A DNA stretch of 64,000 nucleotides from Felis catus (taxonomy: Eukaryota), in the NCBI RefSeq assembly GCF_018350175.1, contig NC_058368.1:14944001-15008000 (forward strand), in the 5' to 3' direction. Every line of letters starts with the position of its first letter. Within the stretch, counting starts at the first letter, position 1. Shown here piece after piece: positions 14,363-28,038 of this stretch. A model generated the notes under the pieces. The model saw only the letters and a list, made by a program, of their open reading frames with translations. It was not told the DNA's origin and ran no database searches. A program made the position numbers and the translations under genes.

Positions 14363-15501
14363 CTGTAAAGGGTTTTCTATATAAGATTCTCTCCAATGTA
14401 GCTGTCTACCACTATATATCCTTTGGTTCTGTGGATGGGCAGATCACCAAGAAGAAGGTAAGAAGGTGAAAAAATCCTAGACAGCAACCTGAACGTCTCA
14501 TCAACCTCAAAATCGTGCCTAGAAATGAGCCCAGGACCTTTGGATCTTGGCCAGGCACCAACTTCTCTCCCCCACCCTGTGAGAAGCCTCACAGGGAGAC
14601 TAAGACTTGTTTTGGGCTTAGAGATGCCCTTGAACAGCAATACATGATATAAATATATGTATGTAAATATTATAGTGAGTATATAAATCTCTCTTGACTC
14701 CAAAAGCCAGTAGCAGCTGAACACTGAATTACAAAGGCATTCAACGATGGTTCAATGAATAGAATCTCCCCAGGTGCAGCTTTACTGCAGGGCAGGATAC
14801 TGGAATTCACAATGAAGTCTCCTTCCTTAAGAGAGAACCAAGTAATAAAAAAGTCCTCAAAGATCTTGAATAGTAAAGTGACAAAAGGACAAGAGGGAAA
14901 ACCACCATGAAGAGGGGAAGAGAGAGATCACAAAATAATTGCATCTCACCCAAGAAACAGACAGAGCACATGGAAAGCGTATTTTAACTATGAAGAGCAA
15001 AAAGATATGCAGCTTGAAATATGTTAATATAATTGCAATCTAATCAGCCTATAAATGGTATTTTGGACTGTAGCAAAGTGTTGCCAAATGAGCATGCAGA
15101 AGGCAGGAGTGCAGAGCAGACCCTGGAGGCGCACCCATGGGGCACTGGAGGGCATCAAGTAATACTCCATCCTGCCATGAACATTCAATGTTTTTCCTCT
15201 TAGTTGCCTAAGTTTGGAATTAATTCAGAAATGCCATATGTGCAAAGAGTGCAAAGATAATAAGTGGTTCACTGTGCTAAAACGGGCTGCATAATCTTCT
15301 CTGCTGTAAGTTACTTATAAAACCTCAGTGAAACCCAGGACTATTCACACTGAGTGCAGAGGATGAAAATCACAGTAAAAGGTTAAAGAATGATGTACTT
15401 GGTAAATCCGTAATTATACACATGACTTCAGGGGTAAAAGTGAGTCTTTTATGAAATGCATATTGAAAGATGAGGTCAATATTTAAAAGCTGAGGCAATC
15501 T

Positions 15502-15675
15502 GGGGTACCTGAGTGGCTCAGTCGGTTAACATCCGGCTCTCGGTCTTGGCTCTGGTCACTATCTCGGTTTCTGGGATCGAGCCCCACGTAGGGTTCTGTG
15601 CTGACAGTGTGGAGCCTGCTCGGGATTCTCCCTCTCCCTCTCCCTCTCTCACAAAATAAATAAAAACAGAACATT
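15502..15675 (+). mobile_element. CAN-SINE (short)
   Basis: SINE head; TSD aaaagc(t)gaggcaat. Confidence 0.88.
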
Positions 15676-15699
15676 TATGGGGAAAAAAGCGAGGCAATT

Positions 15700-16135
15700 T
15701 AAAAGCAGATCAGTGGTTGCTGGGCTGGAGGTGGGAGTGAGCAATGACGGCAAATGGGCATATGAGGAACCTCTTGTGGTAAAAGTGTCCTAACACTGGA
15801 TGTGGTAATGGCTGCACTACTATGTTTATTAAAAGTCATTGAGGGGCGCCTGGGTGGCTCAGTCGGTTGAGCGTCTGACTTCAGCTCAGGTCACGATCTC
15901 GCGGTCCATGAGTTCGAGCCCCGCGTCGGGCTCTGGGCTGATGGCTCAGAGCCTGGAGCCTGCTTCCAATTCTGTGTCTCCCTCTCTCTCTGCCCCTCCC
16001 CCGTTCATGCTCTGTCTCTCTCTGTCTCAAAAATAAATAAATGTTAAAAAAAAATTTAAAAAAAAGTCATTGAAAAGTACACTTACAATGAGTAAATGTT
16101 ATAGTATATAAGTTATACCTTAATGAAGCTATAAA
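15700..16135 (+). mobile_element. Old L1M 3'UTR fragment interrupted by a SINE
   Basis: agatcagtggttgc...aatgggcat...ctggatgtggtaatggctgcac...taagttataccttaat, split at TSD aaaagtcattga. Confidence 0.7.
15843..16065 (+). mobile_element. Young feline SINE (SINEC_Fc)
   Basis: CpG-rich near-consensus copy, TSD aaaagtcattga. Confidence 0.96.
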
Positions 16136-17246
16136 TATTTTTTCAAGTTGGTGTGTGTAAAAATTCAGCAATAATCCCATTCTATAAAAGAGTTGTACTT
16201 TTTGGTGATGAGTTACATTAAGAATGTTCTCTTTCCATTGTTGGGAATAGAAATCTCTATGACAGCTTAAAAAAAACAGTCTTAAATGTTTTTAAAAGTT
16301 ACTGGAAATGGATTAATTTCATAACTAACAATGAAAATAGGAAGACAAACTGAGAAGAAACTGAAGCAAGACATTTCAGGAGCTTTCTCAACATTTACTA
16401 CTCTTTTAGCAACCCACTCAAGCTTTAATATTGACAGATCACTAGGATTTGATAATTTCAGAAGGGAAGTATTTTTAAACTCCAATGGGTAAAGTAGATT
16501 ACACAGAATGAATCATGAGCATTCTTACAAAAAAAAAAAAAAAAAGGATGCATGTGAATTTTATATACTCAAAACATTTTTTTAACACCCTATAAAGCCA
16601 GATACAGCATCGTGGTTAAGAGTGTAGGTCAGCCTAGATCACACACTAACCACATGGGTAGGCTACCTACCTCCCCACCGCGCCCCCCCAATGCCATTCC
16701 TGCACCTATAAAATGGAGATCACAATGGTATCGATTACACACTTCTGTTGAAATGGGAAAAGGGAAATACTTCGTGAGGGCCTGGAATAAAGTAAGCATT
16801 CAAGAAATGCTAGCTGCTGCTCTATTCTTGTTGATGTTGTTATCCTGGGTTGGGTTTCATATACAGACAATTTTATTCTCTCAAATTTATTTTCTACAAA
16901 ACCTCACACCCAGGGACATCTCCAGTCCTGTACCTTACTGGAAAGCCAATTACTCAGCAATGCTCATGCCCACTGTTTCCAGCTGTTTTAACAGAAAATA
17001 TCTTCCAAGCTTCGATTCATTACACAATGTGATATTGCTCATCTGCTGGCAATTCTGGTGCTACATCCCAGAATTAGTCTGACACACTTTCTTCAGCTGG
17101 TGTTAAGCCAAACTATAAGGCAAACAGGACAAATGAAAAGCCAGATGAACAGAATCCATTTACAGTGGGGTCATTTACAGTAAGATCCTTCCATATGAGA
17201 GAAGTATCAGAGATAGAAATATATACTAATTTAAATACACAGGGTA

Positions 17247-17444
17247 GGGGTGCCTGGATGGCTCAGTCAGTTAAGTGTCCAACTCTTGATATTGGCTCGG
17301 GTCATGATCTCACAGTTTGTAGGATCGAGCCCCATGTCAGGCTCTGCACAGACAGTATGGAGCCTGCCTGAAATTCTCTCTCTCTCTCTCTCTCTCTCTG
17401 TCCCTCTCTCTCTCTCTCTCAAAAGAAATAAACTTGTTAAAAAA
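17247..17444 (+). mobile_element. CAN-SINE
   Basis: Head, (CT)n, A-rich tail. Confidence 0.9.
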
Positions 17445-18627
17445 GGAATTTTTGTTGTAGAATAAAATAATGATATCACTAAAAAGACAAAATGGTCAAC
17501 ATATCCATGCTACTCCTTTCATAGCACACCAACCCCAGAAAAGTCTTAAGAAATATGTAATTTTATTTTTCCAGAGCCACGGCATCAACCAATTACAAAA
17601 ATGAACTTTCTATTGGTTCTCTGTAGAGACACTCCATTTATTTCTAGAGATTTTTCCCTCCAATATTTGGAGCCATAACCCCAGAGATAGAGTTGAACTT
17701 CCCATTCAAAGAAGTCATTGTTGATGGGGTCAATGGGCATTGTGTGGCTATTTGAAATAGCCATATCTGCCTAAGTAGTATACAATCATAGCCAGCCAAC
17801 AGCTGAATTGAGTAGAGTACATCTGTTCAGTCTCTTAACCTCCTAGGCTACATTATAAGAAAAACACTCCAATTCTGATTGCTAGGTGATTATTGCACAC
17901 CAGTTTACCCCATCCATTGTTCCCAGCAGCGAGTCTGTGATACATAAGACTCTTGGCCATTAAATCCTGAGGCATGCTAGCCGGAAATTACCTCCAAAAG
18001 TTACCCTCCATTCCCTGCACATATTAAGAATTTCTCCATGTTCTTGTGGACATTTTCCATGTTGAGAATTTTCCCATGCATAGGAATTCTGCCTGACAAC
18101 AGTTGGAGACCTAAAATCAACTCTCAGGAAGAGTTTTAATGACTTCCAATCATTCCCATGGAAGTCATTCAGAAAAACCATAAGGAAAATATTAAATCTG
18201 TGCAGCCTATTGAGGAGAACATACAGATAACTTCTAACAGCATGCATATGGACCCTGTGGCAGCCATGTGCACCAATCTCTCATCAGGATCAGCATTTCC
18301 ACAGTAATTGCTCAGCCCTTTCCGAACCTCTTAACTTTCAATCATTCTCCATATAGGAAGTTACCCATCCTTCACACACAGGCAGCCCACTGGGGCTAGA
18401 TTGCAGTGGGCACACATTTCGTACTAAGAGACGGGCTGCTTTCCAGAACATTGTGGATGGTGATCATGTCTTGCTATTTGATGTTAACATCGATGCTCAG
18501 GATATGCAAATACAACTGCTAAATAAGCTAAAATTAGTGTTTAATTCCATCTACCAAGTAACAGCCTGGATTTATCACCCTTAGGTCTTTGTATTAATGT
18601 TCCATTTGTACTGCTTAGTTGCCTGAG

Positions 18628-18787
18628 CAGTGCTTCCTCATCTTTAATGTGAATATGGATCATATGGGGATCTGGTTAAAATGCAGATTCTGATACAGTA
18701 GGTCTAGGGTGGGGCCTGAGAGTCTGCATTTCTACAAGCTCTCTGGTGGCATTACTGCCACTGTCCTCAGACCACTGTTGGTAGCAA
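18628..18787 (+). mobile_element. MER5-like hAT MITE
   Basis: ttaaaatgcagattctgatacagtaggtctagggtggggcctgagagtctgcatttctacaagct is the MER5A/B core. Confidence 0.85.
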
Positions 18788-19167
18788 TGCTTTTAAGAAT
18801 ATGGGTGAAGCATTTACCTGAGCATACAGCAGGGCTTTTCACAACTTGTTTCTGTTGTATAACTAGTTATCCGTTCCCATACTATTACTTTGAAAGTGCA
18901 CACCACTTCCCGTACTATTATTCTGAAAATACATTAAATGCCTACCTTTTTTAAAAGATAATGCTTACCTTGAGTTATTTTCCTCCTAAGAGATTTTCTA
19001 AAAATAAAATGCTGATTTTATCCTACTACCTGCCAAGGTGAGTTTAGTTTATGGTCTTCCAAGTAGAGAAAAAGAAAGAGCAGAGCAGTCTCTCCTAGTG
19101 GCACTCCCAGCCCTAAAGTCCTGTGATTGTACATATCAGAATTTGAGCCACAAATCAAAATCAAGAA

Positions 19168-19471
19168 TCATATGTAGAGTTTAGGAAGCAAAACAAACGA
19201 GCAAAGGAGAAAATTTTAAAAGAAAGAAAGAAACAAACAAACAAACAGAGAGGCAAACCAAGAAGCAGACTCTTCAGTATAGAGAACAAACTGCTGGTTA
19301 ATCAGAGCAGGGATATAGCAAATGGGTAAAAATAGGTGATGGGGATTAAGGAGTGTACTTGGTGCGATGAGCACCAGGTACCGCATAGTGTTGAATCACT
19401 CTATTGTACACCTGAAACTAATATTACACTCTATGTTAACTAACTGGAATTTAAATTAAAACTAAAAAAAA
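19168..19471 (+). mobile_element. Carnivore L1 3'UTR fragment with A tail
   Basis: aaaccaagaagcagactctt...gagaacaaactg...gatgagcac...tgttgaatcactctattgtacacctgaaactaatattacact...aactggaatttaaat. Confidence 0.88.
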
Positions 19472-21770
19472 GTCATTTAATAAACATTAAGCATCTAATA
19501 AGGATAGCCAAGAATATAGAAGTCAATAAAGCATTGTCTTCTTTCCCTAGGATGTTTCTGTCTTACACAAGTGCACAAATGGTTACAACACAAAGCAGAA
19601 ATGATCTGGCACAGAAAGAAAATGACCTGGGTTTTTTCCCCCAGGAAAGAATCATAAAAGATCATTGGTGATTGTGCTCCCATTGACCTAAGAAACCTAA
19701 GTTATCTGGTATTTAGGGAAGAATACTAGACTTCTTCCATCAGAGAGGCTTTGGAAAATGTCTACAGTTTTTTTCCAAGAGGGTTCTAGACAGTGAGGAT
19801 AAATTCTGAGATACTCTTAACCTCCAATAACTGGTTGCATTAAACAACATCTCAAGAGTCACTGCTCCATGTTGGCTTTTCAGTCTGACTTTAGAACATT
19901 GCTACTCTCAGCCATGAGTCACAACACGAATAGAAGCTGTGCAGATGAGCCACTGAAGAGGAAAGCCTACTAGACAACTTGTGCAATTAAGCAACAAAGT
20001 TAGAGAGGAAATGGCTTAATAATTTCAAGACATTTCCTACATGAATGTACAGGGTGTCATTTGAAATGACAAGCAAGAGACCAAATCATAAGCAGAGTAG
20101 GATCTGAATTTTTTTTAAAGAAAAGGAAATAAAGACAATATATTAATGAGTACCATCTTCTCAATGAGACTGTGAGCCATTTTATCTTAATATTTATTTT
20201 CTCATTTACTTCAAAATTCTTTACAATGATCTATATTAATCCTGTAATGGAAAAAGCCAATTAAGAGATAAATCTCCCATCTGTCCTTTGTTTCTATGGC
20301 ATGTTGTTTACAAGACAGTTCAGATTTAAAATGGGATATTTTAAGTTCCATTTAATTTCTGAAACTGCTTTCTTTCACATAATTTAGTCTCAAGGATTTA
20401 AACTAATCAGAAAAATCTGCTGTAACATACTGTCCTCGACCACCACAAACACCCTTGAACACTGTACGTTTGTATCTCTGCAATAATTGGGCCAGGTGCT
20501 ATTCATGTGAATCTCTTATTGGCCTGTCACCAATTATTAAATCCATAGGACATATTGATTAGCTCTTTATTCACCGGATGGCTAAGGCAATCTCAGGAAA
20601 ATGTAGAGCAATTCTCCTGACTCAGACAGTAAAAATTTTCTAACAGAATATCTATTGTTTTCCCACAGGATAAAAGTTCTTTCAATAGAGGAAATGCTCT
20701 AAAATTGGCAGATGATTTTTTTTTAATTATCCTAGTGTCTTTAATGAAGCAGGAGCCTGAGCTAGAAAACAGCACCATGATGAGCACCTTACAATCTGCA
20801 GTTTCCACTACCGAGAGCACCACCGTCGCTGATAGCAACACATAGCCACAGCCTGGGGTGACCACTGGGTTCCTAAATGGCCATGACCCGTACTTCACAG
20901 AACACTGGAAGCAATGTCTAATGCCAAATGAGTAGCACATGACAAACTGGTCAGTCACCCAGTCAGTTAGCTATTCAGTTATTTATTGAACAAGCATTTA
21001 TCCAGTCAGGCCCTCCCTTGAGATTCAGAAGCCAAGAAGATACCTTCCCTAGCCTCATCCTGTAAATTCTAAAGGGGAAGAGAAGGCATAACAATTGTCA
21101 ACAGGCCAGCACAATCAAGAATTGTAGGGCCATCTACAATGGACAGGAACAGAGCCCTCTCCCAAGGAGAGGAACTGTCAGTTCTACATGAGTTAAGTCA
21201 AGAAATGTGTTATAGATGAGGCTACCTTTGAAATGAATCTTGACAAACGAGAAGGTTCTTGCTTTGCAGAGATGGGGTGATGATTCAGTGAGATAAGTAT
21301 ACATATAGCAACTACCCCAGAGTACCAGGGACGCAGGTGTTCAAGCACTGATGGTAATAATAATGGTAATATTACTATATTGATATAATGGGTCACTGAT
21401 AAGATACCCTTAAGGAATAACTGGTACAACTGAAGAGAAGCAGGTGAAGAAAATAATATCTGGGTTACATCCACAACTGACTGACAATAAATGGAACAAT
21501 AAAAATAGTCGTTAGTAGTTTTAGTTACAGTACAGGCAATGGAAACAACGCAGAATGACTAACCCTATATTGACAAAATTATACAACTATAAATGTCCTG
21601 TACTTTCAAGAAAGCCTGGAATAAGACAGCAGAAAGGAAAAGGACTAATATTTATGGAGGACCTACCATAAGTCAAGCCAGGGCCTTTGCATACATATTT
21701 TCTTAATTAATTATCCGACCAATATTGTGAGGTGTGCACTATTATTGCCATTTTAAAGCAGAAACTAAGA

Positions 21771-21981
21771 GGCCATGGGTGGCTCAGGCATTTAAGCATC
21801 CAACTCTTGATCTCGGCTCAGGTCATGATCTCACGGTTCATGAGTTCGAGCCCCACATCGGGCTCTACTCTGACAGCATGGAGCCTGCTTGGGATTGTGT
21901 CTCTCCTTTCTCTCTGCCTCTCTTCCACTTGCGTTCTCTCTCTCCTTCTTTCTCAAAATAAATCAATAATCTTTAAAAAAA
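21771..21981 (+). mobile_element. CAN-SINE inserted into a MIR (MIR pieces ~21645-21770 and ~21990-22110)
   Basis: SINE body; flanks read ccattttaaagcagaaactaag and gaggaaattgagattcagagaa...gacttgcaaaaggc (MIR core). Confidence 0.88.
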
Positions 21982-22349
21982 TTTTAAGGAGGAAATTGAG
22001 ATTCAGAGAATTCAATTGACTTGCAAAAGGCCAAACAGCCAATGAGTGAAAAAGTCAGAATCTGATCTTATAAGTATCTTATCTTAAATTCCATGCTGTT
22101 CTCATTATACTATGAAGCATTTTCATGTGAGAAGTCACAATTAAAAAGATAATTTTAAAAAATTCCTTCAACACATTTAAAATATGATTTATTTTTCAAA
22201 AACAATTCACCCTCAGCTTTTCAGGTATAATAAATACTGATACTTGAATACCTACCACAGTGTTGAGTTTTGTCATGTGGATTATTTCATTTAATCCTCG
22301 AGATACCTAATAAAGCAGGTATTATTATTATTCCCATTGCACAGACAAG

Positions 22350-22514
22350 AACTGGAATTAAATTAAAGCTTAAAAAAAAAAGAAATGTCATTTAATAAAT
22401 ATTAAGCATCTAATAAGGATAGCCAAGAATATAGAAGTCAATAAAGCATTGTCTTCTTTCCCTAGGATGTTTCTGTCTTACACAAGTGCACAAATGGTTA
22501 TAACACAAAGCAGA
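22350..22514 (+). repeat. Dispersed duplicate of 19442-19599
   Basis: 128-bp core 22387-22514 matches 19472-19599 at 126/128 positions, preceded by the same aactggaat..aaattaaa..poly-A. Confidence 0.95.
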
Positions 22515-24113
22515 GACTTAACTCTCCCCAGTGGAAGAATAGATTCCAAGGGTTGAGGACAGACAATGAGGTGTTTGAAACTAGTCTATAAAAACAAGTG
22601 TTCTTCCTCCATATTATGTTACTTCACATAATCTGTGCTTAAATTACAGCATACCTAAGCAGATTTCCTCATTACAAATAAATTCAATGTACTGAATTTT
22701 TTTAGCTTCAGTGATCAATAAAGTGAGGAACTAAGTTAATTTTCCAGACCTGCACAAGAAACTAGATCCAGTGAGATTTCTCAGACTGAAATCTGAGTGC
22801 AGGCCCCACTGACTCTAAAGTCCAAGTTCTTTGTATCACTCCAACATGCTCCTTAAGGGCACAGGAGACTCACAGGCCAAATCAGGGCTTTATGCTTTTG
22901 CAAAGCAGAAGTCACCTCTAGGAGATGATCCCAAGTCCATAGTCTTGTGAAAGTGCCCAAAGCACGTTCAGCATACCAGAGAGGAGGGCCAAGGAACACA
23001 TCTTCAGTTCTAGAGTAGGACACAGGGGAACTTAGAATTCATTTATAGCAAATTCGTATTCAATTTACAGAAAACTGACTTTTGCTAAGACTAATGTTAG
23101 GCCTGAAAAATATACATCACAGGAACCCATAATTAATTACATTATCAGATATGCTCAGCCGGAACAAAAGGACTTAACTCTTCTCTATTTGGGAGAATTA
23201 ATATCTATGTAAGGACAGATGTAGCTTATAAATCCTAAATAGCAACAAAAGGTATATAACCTAAACTAGCACATACTATCCTGGACACCTTAATTCTCTA
23301 ACTGAAGTACCATAATTACTCTTAAGCTCCTTTTTCTTTGAAAATGGCTAAGACTTTCCATCAATTCAGAGCTCTAACAAATCATGAAGATGGTTTAACA
23401 TGTGCTCTGAGCTTTTGCAAAAAATTTTAATTTGACATTTTAAAGTGTAAACTAAATTACTTGTATCAACTGTGTTTTTATATCAATTGCAAACAAAACT
23501 AAAAGGTGTTCCATTCACTTTCACAACACAGATAACATACCAAATCATATAGTAAAAAAATCTGTCTCCCAAGAATGAAGGCTTTTAAATATGCTTGAAG
23601 AAGTTAATTAGAGCAGTCACAGAAGTTTATTTTAAAAAGGGGGGGGGGAGTCACTATTACCAACAGCCACAGAAAATATCATTTTCTAGTCCAATCAAAT
23701 CCTATTATGTCCTAAATCCCTTCCTTTTCATCTGAAAACCTATGATCTTCACATTTTCTATGCTCATAAATTGCTCTAGCCAATGTCAGATGTGGTAGCA
23801 ATGTGTACCACTTTGTTAATTGGTAAGGGCAAGCAATGTCCTAAGGTCTCTAAACTCAAGTTTGGACCATTTCATTCTTACTTCAGATTAGAATAAGGTA
23901 TGAAAAACCAAAAGGAAAAACATCAAAGACCATCTTGTGGTATCTGACTGACAGATTCCAGTTGATCATATTACCATTTCCTGAATTCCAGTAAGCTCAT
24001 TATACTAATTAATAAAATAAATGGCTGCAATTATTATGACTCATTTACAAACATCTTTTGAGCTTTGTGTTTATAATAAACAAAGGGATTCAATGATCAA
24101 AAGATACAGAGAA

Positions 24114-24309
24114 GGGTGCCTGGGTAGCTCAATAGGTTGAGCGTCCGAGTCTAGATTTTGGCTCAGGTCACCATCCCAGGGTTTTGGGATCAAGCCCGGA
24201 GTCGGGCTCCACTCTGAGCATGGAGCTTGCTTAAGATTCGCTCTCTTTCCCTCTGCCCCTCTCCCCTGCCCACATTCTCTCTCTCTAAAATGAAAAATAA
24301 AATAATAAA
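24114..24309 (+). mobile_element. Older CAN-SINE
   Basis: gggtgcctgggtagctca...ttggctcaggtca...cttgcttaagattc, A-rich tail. Confidence 0.88.
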
Positions 24310-24395
24310 GGAAGCTCTTTCGGGAAAAAAAAAAGATAGGAGACAACGTAGAAACTGATTAACTATTGACAGCTACTGGAATTTCCTGTACACAG

Positions 24396-24776
24396 CACTA
24401 TAGTCAGAATGTTTGTGTCCCCCTCAAATTCATACATTGAGATCTAATGCCTAAGGGGATGGTGTTAGGAGGTGGGGCTTTTGGAAGGTGATTAGCACAT
24501 GTGGGCAAACTTCTCAAGCATGGGATTAGTGCCCTTATAAAAGAGTCCCAAGAGCTCCTTAGCCCATTCTGCCACTGCAGAGGACTGTCCTTTTGCAGAG
24601 GACACTGCCAAAGGCATGGTTTATGAACCAGGAAGTGGACTCTCACCAGACCAAGTCCACTGGCATCTGGACATTGGACTCCAGCCTCTAGAACTGTGAG
24701 AAATCAATTTATGTTGTATATAAGCCACCCAATCTGTATAGCATTTTTGTTACAGCCACCCAAACAGACTGAGACG
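24396..24776 (+). mobile_element. MLT1A-like MaLR solo LTR
   Basis: gaatgtttgtgtcccctcaaattcata...ttaggaggtggggcttttggaaggtgattag...ccagcctctagaactgtgagaaat...acagactgagac. Confidence 0.88.
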
Positions 24777-26818
24777 GCAGTTATGAGGTCTGTTCTCACA
24801 GTTCATCATTCTAAATCTGTTTATGAGTACCTTGCTTTAGCTCAGTGATTCCTAGTGTTTTGTATAAGGAAGACAATAAGCTGTTTGCTCACTCTAGCAT
24901 GTTAGCAGTGGTGGATTTTACAAAGTGCATGACCTACGTGAAATGTCTGTAAGATAAAAATATAACGTCCTTGACTGAGTTTCTCCTCTGCTACTAAAGT
25001 ATGCTGCTATTTTGTATGGATCTTCAATATTGAGAAGGAGATACTATGGGGATGTGCATGCATATGTTTTCTACTTAAAGAGCAATCGAGTTTATCATTG
25101 CTATATTTCAGTGGGGAAGGGGAGGTCATTGGGAAATGCTTTATCTGTGATTTTTATAGTATAAATTGTCTGCTTAGACACTAGCTGTTCTAAGATTTGC
25201 TGTTGTTTACATTTCCAAGAAAGGATTCAGTAATCACAGATTTGGAAGATTTAACAGCTCAAGACAGCCAGATTAGCTGTTCCAAAAAAAGGAGTCAGGA
25301 GATACACAAGTGTATCTTTTGTAGCAAATCTTGTACCTTTTGGGTTTACTTTATTACTTAAAAAGTAGTCACACTCCAAATGACCTCTGGGAAGAGATGC
25401 TTGGCGGGGTGAGTGACTAACCCACTGAAAAATCCCAATATACAGAGCCTGGACTGGGGCAAAAGGAAAAGATCCTCACACCCTGCAAAAGCTCCCTTTG
25501 GATATGGAGAGAAGGAATATGATTACAACCTTCAGCTAGAAAATGCCCTCTTTCCTTCTTTGGGGGCCCTTAATCAAGGCTCTGTACATAATGCATCACT
25601 GAAATTAAGGCAAGGCAACCATTTCCTTGACCTCCTAACCTGCTGGCAAAAGGGTCTGGTCACACCGTGAGCAGAGGTCCCCTGAAAGGTGTGAGAAGGA
25701 GAAGCAGAGTTCTGGCAGAGCTCTGAAAGGTGTGTGCAGCAACCTTTACTGAAGCTTCAATGCTCCTGAATAAAGAACGGAGCTGAAATGATTGGATAGG
25801 GTTTGCTCACAAACCGACTGCTGTGAACCTCAACAGTCATCTGGGGAAACTGCAGCTTCTTGCAAAATGTTTTCTACATGGTACCACATTTCTAATATGT
25901 TGATTTCCTTATCTCGGCCTAAAAACCTCAAAAAAAAAAAAAAGGCACTGTATAATGAACTCTCGGTTCGGGCTTAAAGCACACCCAAAGGCAAGAGAGC
26001 AAGGAGGCCAAGTGATGGGAGGAACAGGTGAGAACGGCATGTGGTCTATGCCCTCCAGTGCCCATCCTGGGTAACATATGTAACAGCAGGCAAGGGCTCT
26101 CACTGTTCATTTTCCCCTGTTCTGTTGTCAAACAACCCAGAGTCACCAGTTTCCATCCCGTGGATATATCCGCAAGCTGACTGAGGCAATGAGAAAAGCC
26201 ATCCCTGCTTACAATTCGCTTGTTCTATACTATGTCACTTCAAGCATTCAAGCTATTGAATTTTTAAACAATTATATTTCCTCAATACAAAAAAAATACC
26301 TTTAAAAGTTTTTTAGTCATTGGGTTTTGCATATCATTTTTGGAGATGATACGAGGGCTGTTACACTATTAAAACAAACAAACAAACAAAACAGGTGAGA
26401 CCGTGAGCTGAAGGATGAGGTCCTGCTGACAGGACAGGACCTCAATGCCACAGTGGGCAGGGTACAATGGTGGTTGGCTTGGGGTTCCGCTCTACCATGG
26501 CAGAGCATCGTGCCACAGGAAGGCTTGGAGAAAACTGGTTCATTCTCAGAGGCTTATCAAGCCTTGGTCTCTGCCAAGACTGTCAAAGCATTCTACTCTA
26601 ACAAATCTCTCATGGGGGGAGATTTTCCTTTGGAGCAGAAACGATTCTAAAGACTCCTGGGGTCCATGAGGAAGCATCTTTGTTCCTACTGGGAACCCAA
26701 GCAAAAAGTCTTTATATTCTTTCCACTCTATCTTCCAATTCGTCTGCGGCTTTTCACCACTCTTGCTATGAAGAGAACATGCCACAACAGAGGAAATGCT
26801 ACAACAGCAAACTGAATG

Positions 26819-26819
<1 letters not shown>

Positions 26820-26862
<43 letters not shown>
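26820..26862. repeat. (CA)n microsatellite
   Basis: About 21 perfect CA units. Confidence 0.97.
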
Positions 26863-26868
<6 letters not shown>

Positions 26869-26969
26869 CCGAATGCACCATCAGCAGAATGACTGCAAGG
26901 AAAAAATACATAGAAAACTTTCAGATGATATTTCCTGGACAAATTACTCACTTGAAAATTCTTTCTCAT

Positions 26970-27219
26970 GGGCGCCTGGGTGGCTCAGTCCATTAAGCAT
27001 CCTACTCTCGATTTTGGCTCAGGTCATGATCTCACGGTTCGTGAGGTTGAGCCCTGAGTCGGGCTCTGCACTGACAGTGCGGAGCCTGCTTGGGTTTCTC
27101 TCTCTACTTCTCTCTCTGCCCCTTCCCCACTTAGGCTCTTGCATGCATGTGTTCTCTCTCTCTCTCTCTCTTTCTCAAAATAAATAAGTAAAGAGTAAAA
27201 AAAAAAAAAAAAAAAAAAA
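26970..27219 (+). mobile_element. CAN-SINE
   Basis: Head, CT tract, long poly-A. Confidence 0.93.
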
Positions 27220-27925
27220 CCAGGTAAGCTCTCATCTTGGGAAAATCCAATAGACAAAAATGCAGAACTACAAAATGGCTGAGTAACTCATTACAAAGGG
27301 AACCACTGAAAGGTTTCAAAGTTTAAATGTGAACCTTGCTATCTTATGTTGCTATAATTCACAAACCAGCAATGGACTTTTTGATCAATGGCATTCAGGC
27401 AACACCCTCTTAGATCTAGAAGATTGAGAATTTCATCTCTCAGAATTCCTATCTACATTACACTTAGGGGAGACAAGTTTTATGAGACAAGCAGAATACT
27501 GGTGAATATAAATGAACAACTGGCAGATATTCCTTCTTTCCTAATGAATTTTATAATTTAGAGCATTTGAATGCCTCCCTAGGGGAGGAATTCTTTCATG
27601 ACTAACACTCTTTCTAGTAATTGCATCTATTTTTAATTCATAAAATTTGAATGTGTGTTAGCCTTCAAGAACTTGTATGAATCTTCTATTTAATAAAGAT
27701 TGACCTTTTATTTTTTTTAAAGATTAACCTTTTCATGTATGAATGTAGTTTGATTTTAATATGTACTCTACATATAAATCACTCAAATTACACCTCAAAA
27801 TAATTTTTAAAAATCACCTGGACAGGTCCACATTAAAAACTAAATTTCAGGGAAAGATAGTGTGCTAAAAATTATAATCTTAAACCAAAGACATTTATAA
27901 ACTCTGAATGACCAGCAAATCGCAC

Positions 27926-27935
27926 TATACATATA

Positions 27936-27995
<60 letters not shown>

Positions 27996-28005
27996 TATAT
28001 GTATA

Positions 28006-28038
<33 letters not shown>
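27926..28038. repeat. Compound (TA)n/(TG)n microsatellite
   Basis: About 110 bp of alternating TA/TG. Confidence 0.97.
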
